Shown here: in pieces, positions 1 to 9,607 of the stretch | How positions within the stretch are numbered: the stretch's first letter is position 1 | Layout: each line of letters starts with the position of its first letter | Source of the DNA: an uncultured Bacteroidales bacterium | GTDB lineage: Bacteria; Bacteroidota; Bacteroidia; Bacteroidales; FEN-979 | Assembly: GCA_903959905.1 (NCBI GenBank) | Contig: CAJBYO010000007.1 | Coordinates: 8,164 to 72,163 of the forward strand | Length of the DNA: 64,000 nt | Reading direction: 5' to 3' | Notes under the pieces: generated by a model | What the model was told of the DNA's origin: nothing | Database searches by the model: none | Seen by the model: the letters and a program-made list of their open reading frames with translations, nothing else | Made by a program: the position numbers and the translations under genes

Positions 1-607
1 GTACCCTGTCCCTGTCAATCTTGGCGAATACAACCTGCGTATCGGCAAAGTTTGCATTGGTAATCCACATTTTCTGACCGTTCAGGATATAGTGTTTCCC
101 ATCCTCTGACAAAGTGGCAGTAGTTTTCCCTGAGTTTGCATCGCTGCCAGCCCCCGGCTCTGTTAAACAGTAGGCACCAAGCAGTTCACCGGTAGCAAGG
201 CGGGTAACATAACGCTGACGCTGATCTTCATTGCCATAGTACATGATCGGCAATGTACCGATCCCGGTGTGCGCCATGAAGGCAACTGAAAAGGAATGGC
301 CTGCCCCGATTGTTTCAGCTGCAAGCATCTGGGTGACAAAAGATTGTCCGAATCCGTTATATTCCTCCGGGATGGAAATTCCCATAAGCCCCAGTTCCCC
401 TGCTTTTTTCAGCGTACTTTTCATCAGGTTGATATCGGGGGAATCGATTTGATCAATATTCGGATAGAGTTCCGTATCCAGAAAATCCTGAACAGTCTGA
501 GCAATCATTTTTTGCTCCTCATCAAATTCTTCCGGGATAAAAATATCGCTGGCTTGAATTTCATCAACGAGGAACTCCCCGCTTTTCAGTACTTTGTTAT
601 TCTCCAT
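1..607 (-). CDS. acyl-CoA dehydrogenase, N-terminal part (3' end runs off the window)
   Basis: Absent from the ORF track because it is truncated. My reverse-strand translation from the ATG at 607-605 reads MENNKVLKSGEFLVDEIQ...LGAYCLTEPGAGSDANSGKTTATLSEDGKHYILNGQKMWITNA. CLTEPxAGSD and the following beta-domain are classic ACAD signatures. It lies 21 nt downstream of the Fe-S gene on the same strand. Confidence 0.85.
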   Translation of the reverse strand, partial: MENNKVLKSGEFLVDEIQASDIFIPEEFDEEQKMIAQTVQDFLDTELYPNIDQIDSPDINLMKSTLKKAGELGLMGISIPEEYNGFGQSFVTQMLAAETIGAGHSFSVAFMAHTGIGTLPIMYYGNEDQRQRYVTRLATGELLGAYCLTEPGAGSDANSGKTTATLSEDGKHYILNGQKMWITNANFADTQVVFAKIDRDRV

Positions 608-628
608 TTCAATTGTTTTATGAACAGA

Positions 629-1423
629 TTAAAGATTTAATGATTGAACGATCAATTCTGCAATATCATAATTTTTAACATCATCTTCCCGGTTTTTATT
701 TTTAATGCCGTCGGTAATCATATTCATGCAAAACGGGCAAGCCGTTGCGATCACACTGGCATTGGTTCCAAGTGCCTCTTCAGTTCGTTCTATATAAACT
801 TCCTTTTCGCCCTTTTCAGCCTCCTTGAACATCTGTGCACCTCCCCCGCCGCAACACAGTGCAAAGCTTTTATTCCGCTTCATTTCAACAACATTGGATG
901 TCAGTTTCTTCAGGATTGAGCGGGGCTCAAAATACTGGTCATTGGCACGTCCCAGGTAACATGGATCATGATAGGTAATAACAACATTGTTCAGAGCTTC
1001 CGGGTCCAGTTTAAGGTTCCCTTCAGCGATTGCCTGATCAAGAAACTGGAGGTAGTTGATCACCTCAAAATCAGCACCGAGATCGGGGTATTCATTCTTA
1101 AAGATGTTATAACAATGCGGGCAGATGGTAATTATTTTCCGAACATTATATTTTTTCAGGATTTCAATATTCTGCATGGCCTGCATCTGGTAAAGCATTT
1201 CATTACCGGCTCTTCGTGCGGGATCTCCGGTACAGGACTCTTCCTTTCCCAATACGGCAAAGCTTGTGTCAAGGAAAACAAGGATTTTGGCAAAGGCCCT
1301 TGTTACCTTCTGGTAACGGTCGTCAAATGCCCCGGCACATCCAACCCAGAACAGAAATTCAGGTGTTTCACCTTTAGCAGATAAATCGGCCATTACAGGG
1401 ATCTTGATGTTCCGGATTTCCAT
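629..1423 (-). CDS. (Fe-S)-binding oxidoreductase subunit with two cysteine-rich CCG-type domains (HdrD/GlcF/LutA-like)
   Basis: Two CCG-like cysteine clusters: CAGAF...CPHCYN and DPCYLGR...CCGGGG...ACPFC. Sits 16 nt downstream of the ferredoxin-domain membrane subunit, same strand. Confidence 0.8.
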   Translation of the reverse strand: MEIRNIKIPVMADLSAKGETPEFLFWVGCAGAFDDRYQKVTRAFAKILVFLDTSFAVLGKEESCTGDPARRAGNEMLYQMQAMQNIEILKKYNVRKIITICPHCYNIFKNEYPDLGADFEVINYLQFLDQAIAEGNLKLDPEALNNVVITYHDPCYLGRANDQYFEPRSILKKLTSNVVEMKRNKSFALCCGGGGAQMFKEAEKGEKEVYIERTEEALGTNASVIATACPFCMNMITDGIKNKNREDDVKNYDIAELIVQSLNL

Positions 1424-1439
1424 GCCTGAGTTGAAATTG

Positions 1440-2759
1440 CTACTTTATATTCATTTGAAGGTCGTTTGCCCATTGCATCCTGTCTTCCGGAGAAAACTGC
1501 CATGGCGCACCATTGTTTTCAATGTTGCTGAACACCCACTTGATACCACCGGGTGCGGAGGCTTCCTCAAGGACAAGATACCTGCGCATGTCAAGGATCA
1601 GCGTGGGATGGTTGATATTGATCGGGCACTCTTTGGCACAGGCGTTGCATGTTGTACATGCCCACAGTTCCTCTTCAGAAATGTAATCCCGTAAAAGAGA
1701 TTTATTATCGTTAAAACCTCTGCCATTTTGAACCAGCCCCGGCCCCTTTTCCTTCATTCTTGCCCTCACATCCATGATGATTTTCCGGGGCGATAATCTT
1801 TTTCCCGTCAGGTTGGCCGGGCAGACTGATGTACAACGGCCGCATTCGGTACAGGCCAGGGAATCAAAATAGTTTTTCCATGAAACATCTTCAATATCTT
1901 TCACCCCAAACCGCTCAATTTCAGTGCCTGCAGATGCCGGTTCAGGCATTAAACCGGGATCCAGCATCATTCTCACTTCACGGGTAATATTATCCATATT
2001 TGGAAGTTTCCCCAACGGCTCGAGGCGTGATAAAAAAACGTTCGGGATGGACATGAATACATGAAAGTGCTTTGAATAGGGTAAAATGTTCACGAAGGCA
2101 AAGATGAGCAGGATATGCGACCACCAGCATGCCTCATAGATGAATCGTACGGTTCCCGGTTCAAGTCCGATAAAAATAACTGAAAAGGCGGTACTTATGG
2201 GATAAATCCCCACTACTGCCGGTTCATCAGGAAATGCCCCGGCAACATAGGCCATGTTCATGCCCAGCAGCGTGATCATCAGCACAAGGATCATGGTTAA
2301 TGCGATATTTGCATCCATGTGCGAAACGGGCTTCATTTCAATCCCTTCAAATCGGCGTATGTGCAGGAACATGCGCCTGAAAAGGAAAATCATGATACAG
2401 AGGCCCACAATCAAACCGAAAATATCACCTGAAGCCGTGATGACATCATATACCGGGCCAAGCAATTTTAAAAAGCGTTCTGTCCCGAAAAGCCCGTCGA
2501 TGACCATCTCAATACTGCCAAAGGCAATTACACAAAAGCCCCAGAAGACCAAAGCATGAAATAGGCCGGTTACCGGGCGACGGAAGATTTTTGTCTGACC
2601 GATCGCAACATCCATCATGACCAGAAATCTTTTGCCAAGATCCCGAACGGGAAAAGCGGGCTTCGTAAATTTAAAATAGCTGATGATTCGCCTTATGGTG
2701 TAAAGGAAAATGCCAACGGTTAAACACAGTGTTATGGCGAAAACGATTTGTTTAACCAT
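1440..2759 (-). CDS. membrane-anchored oxidoreductase subunit with C-terminal 2x[4Fe-4S] ferredoxin domain
   Basis: The N-terminal two thirds is hydrophobic with multiple predicted TM helices. The C-terminus carries CTECGRCTSVCP and CTTCNACAKECP (CxxCxxCxxxCP x2). Sits 8 nt downstream of etfA. Confidence 0.8.
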   Translation of the reverse strand: MVKQIVFAITLCLTVGIFLYTIRRIISYFKFTKPAFPVRDLGKRFLVMMDVAIGQTKIFRRPVTGLFHALVFWGFCVIAFGSIEMVIDGLFGTERFLKLLGPVYDVITASGDIFGLIVGLCIMIFLFRRMFLHIRRFEGIEMKPVSHMDANIALTMILVLMITLLGMNMAYVAGAFPDEPAVVGIYPISTAFSVIFIGLEPGTVRFIYEACWWSHILLIFAFVNILPYSKHFHVFMSIPNVFLSRLEPLGKLPNMDNITREVRMMLDPGLMPEPASAGTEIERFGVKDIEDVSWKNYFDSLACTECGRCTSVCPANLTGKRLSPRKIIMDVRARMKEKGPGLVQNGRGFNDNKSLLRDYISEEELWACTTCNACAKECPININHPTLILDMRRYLVLEEASAPGGIKWVFSNIENNGAPWQFSPEDRMQWANDLQMNIK

Positions 2760-2767
2760 GGCTGGAT

Positions 2768-3739
2768 CTATTTGCCCTTAACCTCTCTTACGGCTTCAAC
2801 AAGTTTTGGAAGGACCTTGCTGGCATCACCGATAATGCCGTACTGGGCGGCGGAAAAGATAGGCGCATCCTTATCGGTATTGATGGCAACAATAAATTTG
2901 GAGGAACTTACCCCGGCCAGGTGCTGTGTTGCTCCTGAAATGCCGATGGCAAAGTAAAGGTTCGGAGCGATGATTTTTCCGGTTTGCCCGGTGTGCTCTT
3001 CGTGAGGCCTCCATCCTTCATCAGAAACCGGCCTGGAACAGGCTGTAGCCGCCCCAAGAAGTTCTGCCAGTTCAACGATGGGATTCCAGTTGTCGGGTGA
3101 CTTCATCCCCCTGCCACCGGAAACAACGATGTCGGCGTCTGTCAGGAGTATTTTCCCGCTCTGTTTCTGAACTTCAATAACTTTTGTTTTCACTGCATCA
3201 CCCGGCCATTCAACAGCTACTTTTGAAACCGTGGCATTATTGGCTGATTGAATCAATTCAAAAGAATTCTGCGCCAGGGTCAGTATTTTGATGTCAGATT
3301 TAATGACCACATTGCTGAATGCATTGCCTGAGTATACTTTCTTATAAACGATGAAAGGGTCAACACTGAGTGGAAGTTTGCTTACGCCCGAACCAAGCCC
3401 GGCTTTCAATCGCACAGAAAGGCGTGGTGCGATAGCTTTCCCATTGTTGTTATTGGAGAGCACAACTACTGTTGCACCTTCCTGTTGCGCAAAACCAGCA
3501 ATAACTGCGGTATATGCCTGGCTGTCAAAACCACTGATGGTTGCATTTTCAGCACTGATAATGCGGGCCGCACCGAAATTGCCCAGTTTCTCCAGTTCAC
3601 TTGCTTCAACGTTGCCAATAGAAAGGACAACAGCTTCGGTATTCAGCATTTCTGCCACTTTGGATCCATAGGAAACAAGCTCAAAACTTAATTTTTTGAA
3701 TTTCCCATCCCAATTTTCTACAAAAATTAAAACTGACAT
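2768..3739 (-). CDS. etfA: electron transfer flavoprotein subunit alpha
   Basis: Typical EtfA C-terminal FAD-binding region: VVSGGRGM...LGAATACSRPVSDEGWRPHEEHTGQTGKIIAPNLYFAIGISGATQHLAG. Confidence 0.92.
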   Translation of the reverse strand: MSVLIFVENWDGKFKKLSFELVSYGSKVAEMLNTEAVVLSIGNVEASELEKLGNFGAARIISAENATISGFDSQAYTAVIAGFAQQEGATVVVLSNNNNGKAIAPRLSVRLKAGLGSGVSKLPLSVDPFIVYKKVYSGNAFSNVVIKSDIKILTLAQNSFELIQSANNATVSKVAVEWPGDAVKTKVIEVQKQSGKILLTDADIVVSGGRGMKSPDNWNPIVELAELLGAATACSRPVSDEGWRPHEEHTGQTGKIIAPNLYFAIGISGATQHLAGVSSSKFIVAINTDKDAPIFSAAQYGIIGDASKVLPKLVEAVREVKGK

Positions 3740-3765
3740 ATCGTGTTTTTTGTTTTTCTGAACGA

Positions 3766-4515
3766 TTAGATGATCTTGGCTTCATTTTGCAGTAACTCAA
3801 CAAGCTGCTTTGGATTTTCAGGATCAACATATTTGCATGCAGCACGTGGTTTGGGCATTTCAAAATTAACAACTTCAGTCAGAGACTCAAGCGCAACAGG
3901 TTCAACAACTTTCAGGGGTTTCGTACGGGCCATCATGATGCCCCTCATGGCTGCAATGCGCGGCTCTTTGGCAATCCCTTTCTGAACGATGGCGACAAGT
4001 GGTGAGGCCAGGGTAACAATCTCCTTTCCCCCGTCAATTTCCCTGGTAAGAACAGGCTGTCCATTTTCAATTTTGATTCCCGAAACCGAAGAAACGGATG
4101 GATAATCCAGGCATTCTGCAAGCATCCCTCCTACTGTAGAACCATTGAAATCGCTTGATTCAATGCCGCAAAGGATCAGGTCATATGCCTCCTGCTTTAA
4201 AACCGCGGCAATCTGCGCTGCCACAAAATAGGAATCAGAAGGTTCTGCATTGATCCTGATGGCGTCGTCAGCACCAATTGCAAGTGCCTTGCGAATGGTT
4301 GGTTCGGAACCCACCAATCCAACATGGATTACGGTAACTGATTGAATATTATTGGTTGTATCATCCTTTAATTCAAGTGCCCGTGTAAGTGAAAGTTCAT
4401 CCCAGGGATTGATCACCCATTGTATCCCGGCTGTATCCAACTTTTTAAAGTCATCTATGAATTTGACTTTTGTGGTTGTATCGGGGACATTGCTAATACA
4501 AACAAGTATCTTCAT
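3766..4515 (-). CDS. etfB: electron transfer flavoprotein subunit beta
   Basis: MKILVCISNVPDTTTKVKF...INPWDELSLTRALELK, about 250 aa, immediately upstream of etfA. Confidence 0.92.
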   Translation of the reverse strand: MKILVCISNVPDTTTKVKFIDDFKKLDTAGIQWVINPWDELSLTRALELKDDTTNNIQSVTVIHVGLVGSEPTIRKALAIGADDAIRINAEPSDSYFVAAQIAAVLKQEAYDLILCGIESSDFNGSTVGGMLAECLDYPSVSSVSGIKIENGQPVLTREIDGGKEIVTLASPLVAIVQKGIAKEPRIAAMRGIMMARTKPLKVVEPVALESLTEVVNFEMPKPRAACKYVDPENPKQLVELLQNEAKII

Positions 4516-4543
4516 TGAAAATGGTTTAAAATAATTTTGAGGG

Positions 4544-4551
4544 CAAATATA
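4544..4551 (-). promoter_or_regulatory. candidate Bacteroidota -7 promoter element (TATATTTG) for the etfBA operon
   Basis: Exact match to TAnnTTTG on the minus strand, 29 nt upstream of the etfB ATG, in the 58-bp fabI-etfB spacer. Confidence 0.4.
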
Positions 4552-4573
4552 AAAAAAAGGAGATCAAGAATGG

Positions 4574-5410
4574 CTATAAATTATCCCCCTCATCAAGACA
4601 TTTGTTGTACTGCGTCATTGCTTTCAGGCTCATAGCCATGCTGGAGAAACCGCCATCGTGGTAGATGTTCTGCATGGTGATTTTCTTTGAAAGGTCGGAA
4701 AACAGGACAATTGAAAAATCAGCGCATTCCTCTGCCGTTGCATTTCCAAGCGGCGACATCCTTTCGGTAAAATCAAGCAGGCCGTCGATACCCTTTATCC
4801 CGCTTCCGGCTGTTGTTCTTGTCGGAGACTGTGAAACCGTATTAATGCGGATATGCTTCTCCCTTCCGTAAATGTACCCGAAACTTCTGGCAATTGACTC
4901 CAGGAGTGCTTTTGCATCGGCCATATCATTATATCCCACCAGTGTGCGCTGGGCAGCGATATATGAAAGTGCCAGCACAGACCCCCATTCATTGATGGCG
5001 TCAAGTTTTTTGGCAACCTGAAGCATCTTGTGAAATGAAAGAGCCGAGATATCAATTGTTTTTTGAAAATAGTCATAGTCAAGGTCATCGTACTCCTTTT
5101 GCTTTCTGACGTTCAAAGACATTCCGATTGAATGCAGCACAAAGTCAACCTTCCCTCCCAGCACTTCCATGGAACGGGTAAAAACATGTTCAAGATCCTT
5201 TATACTCGTTGCATCAGCGGGAATAACCTCGGCGTTGCAATGTTCTGCCAGCTGGTTGATCTCCCCGAAACGAAGGGCGACAGGCGTATTTGACAATGTA
5301 AATACGGCGCCTTCTTCATGGGCCCTGACAGCAATTTTCCAGGCAATGGATTTTTCATCCAGGGCTCCGAATATGATTCCTTTTTTTCCTTTTAACAGGT
5401 TATATGACAT
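4574..5410 (-). CDS. fabI: enoyl-[acyl-carrier-protein] reductase (NADH), FabI type
   Basis: MSYNLLKGKKGIIFGALDEKSIAWKIA N-terminus, SDR fold, SYIAAQR...YNDMADAKA active-site region, about 278 aa. Confidence 0.85.
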   Translation of the reverse strand: MSYNLLKGKKGIIFGALDEKSIAWKIAVRAHEEGAVFTLSNTPVALRFGEINQLAEHCNAEVIPADATSIKDLEHVFTRSMEVLGGKVDFVLHSIGMSLNVRKQKEYDDLDYDYFQKTIDISALSFHKMLQVAKKLDAINEWGSVLALSYIAAQRTLVGYNDMADAKALLESIARSFGYIYGREKHIRINTVSQSPTRTTAGSGIKGIDGLLDFTERMSPLGNATAEECADFSIVLFSDLSKKITMQNIYHDGGFSSMAMSLKAMTQYNKCLDEGDNL

Positions 5411-5438
5411 GGTTTGTTGTTTTTAATTATAAAAGAAG

Positions 5439-7094
5439 TTAATTATCAAGCAGTTCCCTGGCAGCCATGATGGCCGACCCTGTAACAGTTTCACTGCTCA
5501 GCATTTTAGCAATTTCACCAACGCGTTCCTCTGCCGTCAGTTGTTTGATATATGTTGTTGCGACCTGGTTTTTTTCTGTTTTGTAAACCCAATAATGCCT
5601 GTCGCCCCTGGCTGCGATCTGGGGAAGATGTGAAATGGCAATGACCTGCATCTGTGTGCCCATCTTTTTTAAAATGCCTGCGACCTTCCCGGCCACTTCG
5701 CCTGAAACGCCATTATCAATCTCATCAAAAATAATCGTAGGCAGCAGGTTTTTCTGGCTGATCATGGATTTAATGGCCAGCATGAGGCGTGACTGCTCAC
5801 CCCCGGATGCAACATTTGACAGTTCTTTCATGTCGATCCCCTTGTTGGCGCTGAATAAAAATCTCACTTTATCGGTTCCGTCCCTTGTAATACCGGTTGA
5901 ACTGGTCATTTCCACGCTGAACCGGGCCATGGCGATTCCAAGTTTTGTGAGAATTTGGGTTACTTCTGCCTCAAATCCGGGAACCACTTTTTGCCGTTTT
6001 TTGGTGAGTGATATGGCTTTCAGGGTCAGCTCTGATTTCAGTAGGGCAATCGCACTCCGCAGATTGTTTACCTGCTCCTCCATACCTGCTTCATCAAAAA
6101 CCTTTTGTTCAAGTCCCTGCTTAACGGTCAATAACTCATCAATATCAGTGACCTGGTGTTTTTTCATCAGCCTGTAGAGCAGATCATGGCGTTGGGTGAG
6201 TGTTTCCATTCTCTCCGGATCAACAAAAATCTGTTCCTCCAGGGTATTTAATTCACTAGCAATATCCTTGATATCAATGTAATTCACATTTATTCTTTCA
6301 GCCAGGTTCTGCAGTTCTGGTTTAAACCTGGCAATGTTGCCAACTACGTGTGCGACATCAGAAAGCTGGACAAGGATGTTCTGATCTGTTCCGGAGATGA
6401 GCTGGTTTGCACCGTACAGGCTGGCGCGAATCTCTTCGGCATGGGTCAGTAACTCAAGCTGATCCTTGATCTCCTGGAATTCACCTGCAACCGGCCTGGC
6501 CTGGTTTAGTTCATCGAGTAAGAACTGATAATAATCCTTTTCGCCTGCAATTTTCGCTATTTTTTCTTCAAGGATGGTGAGTTCTCTCTGCAGTTCAACG
6601 TATTTGTTATACTCCAGCCTGAAATCAGTTACTTCCTGCTGAATCCCGGCATAACTGTCAACTACAGCCAGTTGAAAATTAGAGTCATTCAGGGTGATTA
6701 TGGAATTTTGAGAATGCACATTGACAAGCCGGTCGCCGAGGTCTTTCATCAACGCCAGGTTTACCGGTGAATCATTGATAAATGCACGTGACTTGCCATG
6801 CTGGTTTATTTCCCTGCGAAGAATGATGGAATCGTCGTAATCCAGTTCATTGTCAGCAAAGAACTGTTCAAGATTATAGCCCCTGATTGCAAAGAGCCCT
6901 TCGATGATGCACTTTTGGGATTTGTCAAGCAGGATTCCTGAATCAGCCCTCAACCCGAGGATGAGTGACAATGCCCCGAGAAGGATTGACTTTCCTGCGC
7001 CGGTTTCACCTGTGATCACGGAGAAACCGCTGGAAAAGTCAATTTCCAGGTCATGAATTAAAATATAGTTTTTAATAGATAATTTTAAAAGCAT
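5439..7094 (-). CDS. recN: DNA repair protein RecN
   Basis: N-terminal Walker A GETGAGKS, long coiled-coil middle, C-terminal SGGEQSRLMLA signature and IIFDEID Walker B. 551 aa. Confidence 0.93.
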   Translation of the reverse strand: MLLKLSIKNYILIHDLEIDFSSGFSVITGETGAGKSILLGALSLILGLRADSGILLDKSQKCIIEGLFAIRGYNLEQFFADNELDYDDSIILRREINQHGKSRAFINDSPVNLALMKDLGDRLVNVHSQNSIITLNDSNFQLAVVDSYAGIQQEVTDFRLEYNKYVELQRELTILEEKIAKIAGEKDYYQFLLDELNQARPVAGEFQEIKDQLELLTHAEEIRASLYGANQLISGTDQNILVQLSDVAHVVGNIARFKPELQNLAERINVNYIDIKDIASELNTLEEQIFVDPERMETLTQRHDLLYRLMKKHQVTDIDELLTVKQGLEQKVFDEAGMEEQVNNLRSAIALLKSELTLKAISLTKKRQKVVPGFEAEVTQILTKLGIAMARFSVEMTSSTGITRDGTDKVRFLFSANKGIDMKELSNVASGGEQSRLMLAIKSMISQKNLLPTIIFDEIDNGVSGEVAGKVAGILKKMGTQMQVIAISHLPQIAARGDRHYWVYKTEKNQVATTYIKQLTAEERVGEIAKMLSSETVTGSAIMAARELLDN

Positions 7095-7132
7095 CGGGTA
7101 CCCGTTAGTTTGAAACCTGCAGACCGGATATG

Positions 7133-8047
7133 CTATTTTGATTCAAGAATGGCCTGGTATTTTGAGCTGTTGGCAGGATCAATTTCCTTGAGGATGTTGG
7201 TAATATTGGTTTTTTCCATGGGGGGAACCCGCTGATCCGCGTATATGTTCACAATCTCATCACGCTTTGCATCAAAGATGAGTTGCAGCGCATAAAGATT
7301 GGGGGTGGCATTGTACAATCTCTGAAGTATATCAATGCCCTCGGAGGTTACATTTCTCCCCTGGTCAACTTTTTCATACATCTGATCAAGTCCGAGGCGG
7401 TGATACCTGTAGGCAAAATCCCTTAACCCAGCGTTGGCTGAATTCATATAGTTATTAATGATCCAGTAGCGGTTTTTGTCGCTGTCAAAGGCTTTCCAGC
7501 CCGGATCTGATGAATTCTGCGCTGCGTTTACCACTTCCTGGGCCTTTTCAAAGAACTGGCTGCCGCCGCTGGGTGAAAAGGAGTCGAAATAGAAACCGAG
7601 CGTTGCGTAGGAGTAAAAGGCCAGCAATGAAGTGAGGTTGGAGGTAAAGGTGCCATCAGAATAATCAAGGGGTTGGTATTCAACATATTTGAACTGAATG
7701 TTTTTGTCGATGGTGTTTAACAGTACTGCATTGTAGGAGGAATTCAGCACAGGCCTGCGTATAACAACATTCATTGTCCCTCTGAATTCATCTGCACTCA
7801 TCTGGTCGTTGATGGTGATCATCATGGTGCATTCAATCCGCTCTTCCTGTTTGAAAGTATAGTTGGTCCATTTGCGGTTGTTCACAAACTCATAGATTGC
7901 ATTCTGCAGGGTCTCAAAAACCTTTTTATTGGTTCCCGACAATTTCTGCGTATTGAACTGGATCATACAATTGAGTTCCTGCGCCTGCAGTCCGGAAACG
8001 AAAACAAGGAGGACAAAGGAAACCAGGAAGATTTTTATTCTTGACAT
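7133..8047 (-). CDS. DUF4835-family secreted protein (PorD-like, T9SS-associated family)
   Basis: Signal peptide MSRIKIFLVSFVLLVFVSGLQAQ. Its position between coaBC and recN is the conserved Bacteroidota synteny for this family. The family call is from memory, not from a search. Confidence 0.55.
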   Translation of the reverse strand: MSRIKIFLVSFVLLVFVSGLQAQELNCMIQFNTQKLSGTNKKVFETLQNAIYEFVNNRKWTNYTFKQEERIECTMMITINDQMSADEFRGTMNVVIRRPVLNSSYNAVLLNTIDKNIQFKYVEYQPLDYSDGTFTSNLTSLLAFYSYATLGFYFDSFSPSGGSQFFEKAQEVVNAAQNSSDPGWKAFDSDKNRYWIINNYMNSANAGLRDFAYRYHRLGLDQMYEKVDQGRNVTSEGIDILQRLYNATPNLYALQLIFDAKRDEIVNIYADQRVPPMEKTNITNILKEIDPANSSKYQAILESK

Positions 8048-8052
8048 GGCTT

Positions 8053-9252
8053 TTAGGTTCTGTTTTTTACTATGAAATCAATGATTTCCGCAGCCACAGC
8101 AGGTTTAGTATTTAAAGTTCCCTGATGAACCGTGCCTGAACGGTTGATGATGCTGATTTTATTGGTCTCAAGTCCGAAACCTGCTCCATGATCCTGTAAC
8201 GAGTTGAGCACAATGAAATCCAGGTTTTTTGACACCAGCTTGTTTTTAGCGTTTTCAAGTTCGTGATCAGTTTCAAGGGCAAAGCCGATGAGTAATTGAT
8301 TTTCCTTTTTATTGGTCCCGAGTTCTTTAAGAATATCCGCAGTGGGCTCAAGTTTGAGGGTCAGTTCACCCGGCCCCTTTTTCAGTTTTACGGGTGATTG
8401 GCCTGCATAGGTATAATCGGCCACAGCCGCTGCCATGATTACCATATCAGCAGCAGGTGCTTCCCTGATACATGCTGCATGCATGTCAGCTGCCGATTCC
8501 ACATTCATTCTCGTAATGCCCGGATGGTAAGTGACAAGATGGGTTGGTCCTGCGATCAGCAACACCTCAGCACCCCTCCTGGCAGCCTCTTCCGCAATAC
8601 AAAAGCCCATTTTCCCTGTTGAGTAGTTGCCAATATACCTCACCGGATCAATTTTTTCGTTTGTTGGACCAGCTGTTACAATTACTTTCGTATGATTAAG
8701 GTCCAGCCCCGACCGAAAATGATCTGCCAGCAAATGAAGGATTGCTTCCGGTTCTTCCATCCTTCCCGGGCCGGAAAGGCCGCTTGCCAGTTCGCCAACC
8801 TGTGGCTCTATGATTTGGTTTCCGAAAGATTTAAGTATGTTGATGTTGTTCTGGGTTGAAGGATGTGCATACATATCCAGGTCCATGGCCGGTGCAATAA
8901 ACACGGGGCATTTTGCCGACAGGTAGGCTGTAACGACAAAATTATCGGCAATGCCATGTGCCATTTTACCAAGTGTATTCGCGGTAACAGGGGCGAAAAT
9001 CATTGCATCAGCCCATTGCCCCAGTTCAACATGGTTGTTCCATTCACCGTTGTCGGCCCTGAACGGGTCGGCAATGACTGAATGCTGTGAGAGTGTTGAG
9101 AGTGTGAGCGGAGTAACGAAATCTTTAGAAGCCGGAGTCATGATGACACGCACCTCTGCCCCTTCCTTAACAAGTAATCTGACAAGGAAAGGGATTTTGT
9201 AGGCTGCAATGCTGCCGGTGATGCCGACAACAATTTTTTTTCCCTTCAGCAT
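8053..9252 (-). CDS. coaBC: bifunctional phosphopantothenoylcysteine decarboxylase / phosphopantothenate-cysteine ligase
   Basis: Flavoprotein N-domain GITGSIAAYK. CoaB domain VTAGPTNEKIDPVRYIGNYSTGKMG. 399 aa. Confidence 0.93.
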   Translation of the reverse strand: MLKGKKIVVGITGSIAAYKIPFLVRLLVKEGAEVRVIMTPASKDFVTPLTLSTLSQHSVIADPFRADNGEWNNHVELGQWADAMIFAPVTANTLGKMAHGIADNFVVTAYLSAKCPVFIAPAMDLDMYAHPSTQNNINILKSFGNQIIEPQVGELASGLSGPGRMEEPEAILHLLADHFRSGLDLNHTKVIVTAGPTNEKIDPVRYIGNYSTGKMGFCIAEEAARRGAEVLLIAGPTHLVTYHPGITRMNVESAADMHAACIREAPAADMVIMAAAVADYTYAGQSPVKLKKGPGELTLKLEPTADILKELGTNKKENQLLIGFALETDHELENAKNKLVSKNLDFIVLNSLQDHGAGFGLETNKISIINRSGTVHQGTLNTKPAVAAEIIDFIVKNRT

Positions 9253-9269
9253 GACTCAGAAAGCTGTAA

Positions 9270-9605
9270 TTAAAAATCCTCCGGCCGTTCCTTGTGCGGA
9301 TTGCGAAAATAAACTTCGTTATTCAAATATTCATGAATGGCTATCAGCGTAGGTTTTGGCAGATGTTCATAATATTTGGCGATCTCAATTTGTTCGCGAT
9401 TTTCAAATACTTCTTCCAGGTTGTCGGTCGTAGTTGCAAACTCGGATAACTTCTGGTTAAGTTCTTCCTTGATCTCAAGCCCGATCTGATTGGCGCGCTT
9501 GGAGATTACCGCAACAGTTTCGTACATGTTATTTGTTCCTGCCGTAAAGTCTTCAATGTTCCTGGTTACAGCATGAACATCTGTTTTAACTTTTTTATAA
9601 TCCAT
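9270..9605 (-). CDS. rpoZ: DNA-directed RNA polymerase subunit omega (Bacteroidota type)
   Basis: 111-aa acidic protein between bamD and coaBC, the conserved position of the Bacteroidota omega subunit. Contains an ISKRANQI-type helix. Confidence 0.6.
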   Translation of the reverse strand: MDYKKVKTDVHAVTRNIEDFTAGTNNMYETVAVISKRANQIGLEIKEELNQKLSEFATTTDNLEEVFENREQIEIAKYYEHLPKPTLIAIHEYLNNEVYFRNPHKERPEDF

Positions 9606-9607
9606 GG

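Noticed and set aside
629-2759. Split Fe-S oxidoreductase as a frameshifted pseudogene of a fused EMO-type gene
   Set aside because: Both ORFs are full-length for their domains, and each has its own ATG. The spacer is a clean 16 nt with a proper stop. A two-gene arrangement is plausible for this phylum, and there is no internal disruption.
3681-3872. 63-aa ORF bridging the etfB/etfA junction
   Set aside because: It overlaps both etf genes out of frame. This is a shadow ORF.
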